Positions 35,692 through 40,448 of a DNA stretch of 40,448 nt are shown here, in pieces. The notes beneath the pieces are model-generated. The model was not told where the DNA came from and ran no database searches. It saw nothing but the letters and a program-made list of their open reading frames with translations. The translations under genes and the position numbers were made by a program. The stretch's first letter is position 1; every line of letters starts with the position of its first letter. The stretch is from an uncultured bacterium (lineage in GTDB: Bacteria; Hydrothermota; UBA3072): assembly GCA_964631335.1 (NCBI GenBank), contig CAZVXD010000002.1, positions 2,073-42,520 of the forward strand, in the 5' to 3' direction.

Positions 35692-37185
35692 ATGAAAAGG
35701 TTAATATTCGTTCCGATACTTTTCGCGCTTTTTATCATATCTAACTGTACTCCTTCTATACAGGTTGCCTCAGAAGAAGAAGTAGACAAGATTTATGAAA
35801 ATGCCATGAAAGCATACGCCGAACAAAATTATAAAGAAGCAAATGACTTGTTTTTATTAGTTGCAAAAAGCAGTGAATCCAAAAAATTGAAAGCCAATTC
35901 TTTTTTTTATCTTGGCGAAATAAATAAAGCAACGTCGAATTACGGTAAAGCGCTTATCAGTTATGCGGCCGCGAGCCACTACGGAATAAAAACAGAAGAA
36001 AGCATAAAAGAACTGGCGGCTCTGGCGGATTTGAATTCTCTGGAGCAATCTATTTCCTACTCCTCCGAAGATCTGAAACCTTATCTATTATATACTCTCG
36101 CCAGAAAACTTCAAAGTGTAGGAAAAGAAAAAGAAAGTCAAAAATTCTTCTCTGAAATCGAAAAGAAATATCCGACCAGCGAATACGCCAGAAAAGCAAA
36201 ATATATGGCCCGGCACAAAGGCAAAACCAGGGTCGGTGTACTTTTGCCTCTCACCGAAATTTACAGCAAAACCGCGGAATCGGTGAAAAAAGGCATAGAT
36301 GTGGGTTCGAAAGATAATTTCATTCCCCTTTACATAGACACAAAAGGCAATCCGGTTTTAAGCTATAAAGAAGCTGTAGAGTTAATAAAAGAAAAAAGAG
36401 TTTCTGGTATTATAGGTCCTCTTTTTTCACGAAATTGCTTCGCAGTTGCTTGCATCTCCGATTATATAGGAATACCATTTATTTCTCCTACAGCCACAAA
36501 AGAATTTATAGATTCTGTGGGAGATCAATGTTATATAATAAACAGGACGATAGAACTACAGGCAAAAGCTATAGCAGATTACGCTGTCACCAGGCTCGGC
36601 CTCAGAACCTTCTCGATTTTTTATCCGTATTCTGATTACGGGGAAACATTTGAACAATTCTTTTCCGAAAAAGTCAAAGAGTTAGGCGGAGCGATAGTCA
36701 ACTCGATCTCTTTCAGAGAAGGAAAAAAGGATTTTCAGGATGAATTAAAAAGAATAAAAGAGAACAATCCCGATGCCGTATATATTCCAGCAGCCACGCA
36801 AGACGTACCCGCGATCGCGAGTCAGATAAAATATCTGGGTATAAAATCACAGATTCTGGGAGCGGATGAGTGGAAATCAAAAGAGATATTCAGACAACAG
36901 GTCGGCGCGTCCGCCTTAGAAGGAATAATAATATCCGAAAGCCCCTTCAATCCAACTGATGAGTTTTCGGAAGAATTCAACTATATTTTCAGAAAAGAAC
37001 CGGATAGATATGCCTGTCTCGGATACGACGCGGCCACTCTAATGGGAGAACTCCTGCAAAATCCGGATAATACAGGCAGATTAAGAAATATTAAATTAAC
37101 AGCAGGGTCTATCGGCACTAAAGATTCATATGAAAACGTACATATCTACATGATAAGCAAAGGTGATTTCAAACGTATAAAATAG
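35692..37185 (+). CDS. lipoprotein with N-terminal TPR-like region and type-I periplasmic-binding (LivK/LpoA-like) domain
   Basis: 497 aa with a lipobox (FIISNC). A helical TPR-like first 170 aa is followed by a Peripla_BP_6-like domain (RVGVLLPLT ... GIIGPLFS ... PFISPTAT). Confidence 0.6.
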   Translation: MKRLIFVPILFALFIISNCTPSIQVASEEEVDKIYENAMKAYAEQNYKEANDLFLLVAKSSESKKLKANSFFYLGEINKATSNYGKALISYAAASHYGIKTEESIKELAALADLNSLEQSISYSSEDLKPYLLYTLARKLQSVGKEKESQKFFSEIEKKYPTSEYARKAKYMARHKGKTRVGVLLPLTEIYSKTAESVKKGIDVGSKDNFIPLYIDTKGNPVLSYKEAVELIKEKRVSGIIGPLFSRNCFAVACISDYIGIPFISPTATKEFIDSVGDQCYIINRTIELQAKAIADYAVTRLGLRTFSIFYPYSDYGETFEQFFSEKVKELGGAIVNSISFREGKKDFQDELKRIKENNPDAVYIPAATQDVPAIASQIKYLGIKSQILGADEWKSKEIFRQQVGASALEGIIISESPFNPTDEFSEEFNYIFRKEPDRYACLGYDAATLMGELLQNPDNTGRLRNIKLTAGSIGTKDSYENVHIYMISKGDFKRIK

Positions 37186-37193
37186 GAGGCACC

Positions 37194-37409
37194 ATAAAAA
37201 GAAAAAGCAACGAAAAACTTTACTGGGAAAAAACCAATTCTATTATTTTCGCTTCGGGGATTTTAGCAATAATTATAGGCTATATATTCCTCGCAAGGGA
37301 ATCTCTTACCTTAGCTCCTATACTTTTAGTATTGGGATACGCCGTATTAATTCCAATTTCCCTCGTTTACAAAGGCTGGATAAAGAAAGAAGGCAATAGC
37401 GAGAAGTAA
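37194..37409 (+). CDS. possible small two-TM membrane protein (DUF3098-like) lacking a canonical start codon
   Basis: The open frame 37167-37409 encodes ...KRKSNEKLYWEKTNSIIFASGILAIIIGYIFLARESLTLAPILLVLGYAVLIPISLVYKGW..., with two clear TM helices. AGGAGG at 37184-37189 precedes it. There is no in-frame ATG/GTG/TTG before the first TM helix, and the best candidate is ATA at 37194. Confidence 0.3.
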   Translation: MKRKSNEKLYWEKTNSIIFASGILAIIIGYIFLARESLTLAPILLVLGYAVLIPISLVYKGWIKKEGNSEK

Positions 37410-37413
37410 AAAC

Positions 37414-37431
37414 CTGGGTTTTAGGGTTTAG
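37414..37431 (+). repeat. degenerate heptad array (CTGGGTTTT AGGGTTT AG)
   Basis: Read directly. Confidence 0.6.
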
Positions 37432-37447
37432 TTAAAACAACCAATTT

Positions 37448-37492
37448 TCTCTGTGCTCTTTGTGTTCTTTTCTCTGTGTACTCTGTGGTTCA
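37448..37492 (+). repeat. 9-nt-period module, CTCTGTG variant, five units ending CTCTGTGGTTCA
   Basis: The sequence is TTCTCTGTGCTCTTTGTGTTCTTTTCTCTGTGTACTCTGTGGTTCA. It ends 7 nt from the stop codon of the Memo-AMMECR1 gene. Confidence 0.8.
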
Positions 37493-37499
37493 ATATCTT

Positions 37500-38918
37500 T
37501 TATTCCTTTTCCGAGAACACAATCGCCTGGAATTTCCAGAGCTCCGAAGACTTCCACGCATCAGCAGGCAGACTCGCTTTATAACATAAATGTTCAAGGA
37601 ATGTTGCCTTATCCCAACCCTGTTCAACAGGAACCTGCGGAAGCAGTAAACCACTCATATATCCTCTTTTTATCATCAAGCCGTCTCTTCCGACTTTTAT
37701 ATCATTGACATTATCGACCTTCTGCATGGGGGTGAGAACGGATATTTCAATTTCGAGATTATCTATTTCGGAAGGGGTAACGGGAGGAAATCTATAGTCC
37801 TGTGTGGCTGCAGCTATTGCCATATCGCGGATTATAAGGAATAAAGGTTTGTCTCCTATAATATGACCTATACATCCCCTGAGAGTTTCCTCTCTTTTAA
37901 GGGTAACAAAAGCTCCGCAGTTTGTTTTCAAGGTTTCGTCTTCAATTTTAAAATCCGGAATCCTTTTATTTCTTACATATTCATTTATGGTTTTTCTGGC
38001 TATTCCCAACAATTTTCCTTTTTCTTTCTCAGTCAAATTAAATTCAAACTGAGATTCCAAATCTCCGCTTTCAGCCGTATTTATAGTATTACCGGTAAAT
38101 ATCCAGGAACCATAGCCGACTATATACCCGCTCTTTTCCCCTGTGACATCACCCGAGTTAGTCCTCTTAAGAAGACTTACTTTCTTAACTCCCATCTTCT
38201 CCATTACTTCCAATAAAACAGCAATACCCGAACATCCACATGCCGCGCAAGCTCCCGCTGCTCTCATTTCCCTGTCATATCTCAGCAGTCCTTCATAATC
38301 AAAATTATTTATATATTCATCCACTCTATCCGTAACCGTTTTCGCTTCATTGTAATCGTATCCGTGATATAAATCCGACGAAACTATAATCACCCAATCA
38401 TTCCTATCTTTTAATTCCTCGTAAAGAGCATCGGTAAGAACAGAAAGTTCCGGAATTCGATCGGTATTAAAAACAATAGGGACTATTTTAAAATCCTCAA
38501 GAATTTTCTGCAAAAAGGGTATCTGAACCTCGAGGGAATGTTCCCTCAAATGGGCTTCGGGCTCATTTTCTATGAGGTCGCTGTAAGATTTTAATTTTTC
38601 AGCGAAATCTTCATCTATACTTACCGTTCCGAGAGGCGTCTGCCACTTTCCTTGATCATAAACCGAAAAACCTTTAACATAATAACGATGGGAAGGTCCC
38701 AAAAGGATAACAAGTTTCTTGTTTTTATTTTTTAAAGCCCCGAAGGCAAAAGCCGCTGTCTGCCCGCTGTATACATATCCCGCGTGCGGGGAAACAACCC
38801 CGTAAATTTCGTCTTCTACTTTAACATCGGCATTATTTAAAAACTGATCTATCATAGATGAAAGATCCGAAGAATCCGCGACATAGAAAGACCCGGCGAC
38901 AAATGGTTTCCTTACCAT
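37500..38918 (-). CDS. fused AmmeMemoRadiSam system protein B (Memo-like) / protein A (AMMECR1 domain)
   Basis: The N-terminal half is Memo-like (MVRKPFVAGSFY ... VVSPHAGYVYSG). The C-terminal half is AMMECR1 (GAFVTLKREETLRGCIGHI ... GLLLPQV). I place the start at 38918, where GGGAGG lies 6 nt upstream. The ORF-track start at 38984 adds 22 residues that are unlikely to be real. Confidence 0.8.
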   Translation of the reverse strand: MVRKPFVAGSFYVADSSDLSSMIDQFLNNADVKVEDEIYGVVSPHAGYVYSGQTAAFAFGALKNKNKKLVILLGPSHRYYVKGFSVYDQGKWQTPLGTVSIDEDFAEKLKSYSDLIENEPEAHLREHSLEVQIPFLQKILEDFKIVPIVFNTDRIPELSVLTDALYEELKDRNDWVIIVSSDLYHGYDYNEAKTVTDRVDEYINNFDYEGLLRYDREMRAAGACAACGCSGIAVLLEVMEKMGVKKVSLLKRTNSGDVTGEKSGYIVGYGSWIFTGNTINTAESGDLESQFEFNLTEKEKGKLLGIARKTINEYVRNKRIPDFKIEDETLKTNCGAFVTLKREETLRGCIGHIIGDKPLFLIIRDMAIAAATQDYRFPPVTPSEIDNLEIEISVLTPMQKVDNVNDIKVGRDGLMIKRGYMSGLLLPQVPVEQGWDKATFLEHLCYKASLPADAWKSSELWKFQAIVFSEKE

Positions 38919-39002
38919 TTCTGACCTCCCTTTACAATTCAAAGAAAAGAATAAAAAAATTATACAAAAGATTAATCTGTACATTATAGATTTCCAATTA
39001 AA

Positions 39003-39092
39003 CGGAGAGGCAGGGATTCGAACCCTGGAAGGAGCTTTTGACCCCTTAACCGATTAGCAATCGGTTGCCTTCGGCCACTCGGCCACCTCTCC
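39003..39092 (-). tRNA. tRNA-Ser (anticodon GCT)
   Basis: The reverse complement is GGAGAGGTGGCCGAGTGGCCGAAGGCAACCGATTGCTAATCGGTTAAGGGGTCAAAAGCTCCTTCCAGGGTTCGAATCCCTGCCTCTCCG. It is a class II tRNA with a long variable arm and anticodon loop TTGCTAA. Confidence 0.9.
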
Positions 39093-39094
39093 CT

Positions 39095-39176
39095 CGGAGG
39101 GTGAGGGACTCGAACCCCCAAGGGTGTAAACCCGCCGGATTTCAAATCCGGTGCCTTACCATTAGACTAACCCTCC
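39095..39176 (-). tRNA. tRNA-Ser (anticodon TGA)
   Basis: The reverse complement is GGAGGGTTAGTCTAATGGTAAGGCACCGGATTTGAAATCCGGCGGGTTTACACCCTTGGGGGTTCGAGTCCCTCACCCTCCG. It has a variable-arm stem GGGT/ACCC and anticodon loop TTTGAAA, and lies 2 nt from the next tRNA. Confidence 0.88.
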
Positions 39177-39186
39177 CTTTAAAGCA

Positions 39187-39214
39187 ATATTAGCAACCAT
39201 GTAACAAAAGTCAA
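39187..39214 (-). promoter_or_regulatory. sigma70-type promoter, tcTTGACT-16-TAATAT, for the tRNA-Ser pair
   Basis: Read on the reverse strand. The -10 ends 10 nt before the tRNA-Ser(TGA) 5' end. Confidence 0.6.
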
Positions 39215-39223
39215 GAGGAATTC

Positions 39224-39254
39224 AGGTTTTAGGTTTCAGGTCTTGGGTTTTAGG
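39224..39254 (+). repeat. degenerate heptad array (AGGTTTT AGGTTTC AGGTCTT GGGTTTT AGG)
   Basis: Read directly. Confidence 0.8.
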
Positions 39255-39257
39255 CAT

Positions 39258-39320
39258 TATAATTTTTAATTTTGAATTTTGAGTTTTTAATTTAACATTA
39301 AACATTCAACATTCATAATT
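39258..39320 (+). repeat. AT-rich heptad array (TAATTTT TAATTTT GAATTTT GAGTTTT TAATTTA ACATTAA ACATTCA ACATTCA TAATT)
   Basis: Read directly. Confidence 0.75.
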
Positions 39321-39347
39321 ATTGTTGTGTTCTCTGTGTAAATGAAT

Positions 39348-39380
39348 TAGTCGTTAGTCTCCAGTCACTGGTCGTTTGTC
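39348..39380 (+). repeat. degenerate heptad array (TAGTCGT TAGTCTC CAGTCAC TGGTCGT TTGTC)
   Basis: Read directly. Its last units are homologous to the outer end of the 148-bp repeat. Confidence 0.8.
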
Positions 39381-39430
39381 AAAAGAAAAGAATAATTCGT
39401 GCTATTAGTGTAATTTGTTGTTCCTTGTTT
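39366..39430 (+). repeat. diverged third copy of the outer ~70 nt of the 148-bp repeat
   Basis: CACTGGTCGTTTGTCAAAAGAAAAGAATAATTCGTGCTATTAGTGTAATTTGTTGTTCCTTGTTT aligns with 15822-15892 at roughly 85 percent identity with small gaps. Confidence 0.8.
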
Positions 39431-39457
39431 GGGATGGAGAGGGTAAAACAAATAAAA

Positions 39458-39489
39458 ATCTTTGCGATCTTCGTGAACTTTGTGGTTCA
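39458..39489 (+). repeat. 9-nt-period module (ATCTTTGCG ATCTTCGTG AACTTTGTG GTTCA)
   Basis: Three units ending in GTGGTTCA, followed by a G-rich block that abuts the GTPase stop. Confidence 0.8.
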
Positions 39490-39512
39490 AGTTTTCTGGT
39501 TGGGTGGGGTGG

Positions 39513-40448
39513 TTAACGGCTGTGGAATTCGACCACATCTCCTTCAACCAGAATTTCTTCGGGTCCAACCTGCCTGGGATTCTTATTACCTCTCCATAAT
39601 TTTGTATACTTCATTTTATCTGCAAAATCCTTGTGTATATGGTAAGCAGCATCTTCAACGGTAGCATCCTTCCGTAAAACTATAGGTTCAGTAAAATCAG
39701 CATCTTTCCCCGGAGGCTTGGTGTAAATTCTAATAAGGTTAAGAGCCTTAAAGATTTTTTTCTTCAGACCTTCTTTCAATGAATCTTTAAATCCGTAAAA
39801 ATCGAGCCTGTCGCCGTACTTTTCCCGTAACAATTTAAGATCTTGCTCTCGAGCCCTGGAAATTATTATAAATCCGTTCTTTTCCATCAATTCATTCCCT
39901 GTATAATAATCTTTGGACTCCAGAAAAATAGAACCAGTCTCCAATCTTCTCAAAAGTGAATTAAGCTCCTTTTCAGGATCAGGTTTATCTCCGTTGATCA
40001 TTCCTATAATAAGATCGCCACTCCGCGCGAGAGCAAGAAGCCAGGGAGGATGAAAGTTTTCATACAGAGGGGGTGTATCGACTAACTGAATCTGTACATT
40101 TTCAAATTCGATCATACCCACATCCGGTTTCTGAGTGGTAAAAGGATAACTGGCAACCTCGGGCTCGGCATTCGTAAGTTTTCCGAGAATTGTAGATTTA
40201 CCAGAATTAGGAGCTCCCATAAGAACCACCTGTGCTATACCCATTTTGGGCACTTGAGTCAAATCCAGACGCCTGGCCTGTGGTTTCTTTTTTGCTTCTT
40301 TTTTAAGCTTGGCTATCTTGCTGTTTAACTCAGCCCGTAGGCCATCGGTCCCTTTATGCTTGGGCATCACCGCGAGCATTTCTCTTAATATCAAAATTTT
40401 CTCTTCCGGGGTATCGGCGAACTTAAGCCGCCCTTCTATCTTATGATA
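39513..40448 (-). CDS. DRG/Rbg-type OBG-family GTPase with C-terminal TGS domain (5' end outside window)
   Basis: P-loop GAPNSGKST, then YPFTT and DTPP. The C-terminal TGS-like region is IRIYTKPPGK ... EDAAYHIHKDF ... LVEGDVVEF. The frame stays open upstream of the ORF-track TTG to the window edge. Confidence 0.75.
   Translation of the reverse strand, partial: YHKIEGRLKFADTPEEKILILREMLAVMPKHKGTDGLRAELNSKIAKLKKEAKKKPQARRLDLTQVPKMGIAQVVLMGAPNSGKSTILGKLTNAEPEVASYPFTTQKPDVGMIEFENVQIQLVDTPPLYENFHPPWLLALARSGDLIIGMINGDKPDPEKELNSLLRRLETGSIFLESKDYYTGNELMEKNGFIIISRAREQDLKLLREKYGDRLDFYGFKDSLKEGLKKKIFKALNLIRIYTKPPGKDADFTEPIVLRKDATVEDAAYHIHKDFADKMKYTKLWRGNKNPRQVGPEEILVEGDVVEFHSR

Noticed and set aside
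37414-37431. TTTAGGG-like units (37414, 39224, 2841) resembling plant-type telomere repeats.
   Set aside because: There are only 2-4 degenerate units, embedded in the same heptad-array system as many unrelated words. The resemblance is coincidental.
38919-38984. Apparent signal peptide or lipobox (MYRLIFCIIFLFFSLNCKG) at the N-terminus of the Memo-AMMECR1 ORF, which would have implied an exported Memo protein.
   Set aside because: A strong GGGAGG SD sits 6 nt upstream of the internal ATG at 38918, which yields the canonical Memo N-terminus MVRKPFVAGSFY. The extension is most likely a longest-ORF artefact.
39095-39176. The short (82-nt) class II tRNA with anticodon TGA as a possible selenocysteine tRNA.
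   Set aside because: tRNA-Sec needs anticodon TCA and an extended acceptor/T-arm geometry. This one has a 7-bp acceptor stem and a TGA anticodon reading UCA (Ser).
2841-39380. Periodic short repeats as a CRISPR array or as phase-variable simple-sequence contingency loci.
   Set aside because: Units are 7-9 nt with no unique spacers and no cas genes, so they are not CRISPR. Copies are imperfect and lie outside coding regions and promoter spacers, so classical slipped-strand phase variation is unlikely.

Overview
AT-rich chromosomal window from an uncultivated-looking Gram-negative bacterium. The T9SS C-terminal sorting domain and LVIVD propeller suggest the FCB superphylum, but the lineage cannot be fixed from sequence alone. 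I support 31 CDS (2 cut by the window edges), one questionable small ORF and 4 tRNAs. The left half (3-23 kb) is a hemicellulose and sugar-acid catabolic neighbourhood: a GH115 alpha-glucuronidase, an xylB / CUT2 ABC transporter / xylA operon, a cytoplasmic multi-PAS histidine kinase with a NarL-type regulator, a DctPQM TRAP transporter, an APC permease, kduI-kduD and an Eda-like aldolase. The right half is mixed: a T9SS cargo protein, a lipoprotein, an FAD oxidoreductase, an LVIVD protein, a small export protein, tRNA-Ile/Ala, a hybrid PAS kinase, mnmG, a prepilin peptidase, DUF4416, a TPR/PBP lipoprotein, a Memo-AMMECR1 fusion, two tRNA-Ser and a DRG-like GTPase. No defence system, CRISPR array, transposase or prophage gene is visible. 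The most unusual content is non-coding. Almost every inter-operon spacer is a mosaic of degenerate tandem arrays with a 7-nt or 9-nt period, plus two conserved modules: a CTTTGTG triplet ending in GGTTCA (14 copies) and a TTCGTG..TAATTTGTTG module (7 copies). One 148-bp mosaic block occurs as a 147/148-identical inverted repeat bracketing the whole TRAP operon. Promoters are strikingly consensus-like (ccTTGACA, 16-17 nt, TAnnnT), and several operon-first genes look leaderless. Only one convincing intrinsic terminator is present. All functional calls rest on remembered family motifs, because no searches could be run.
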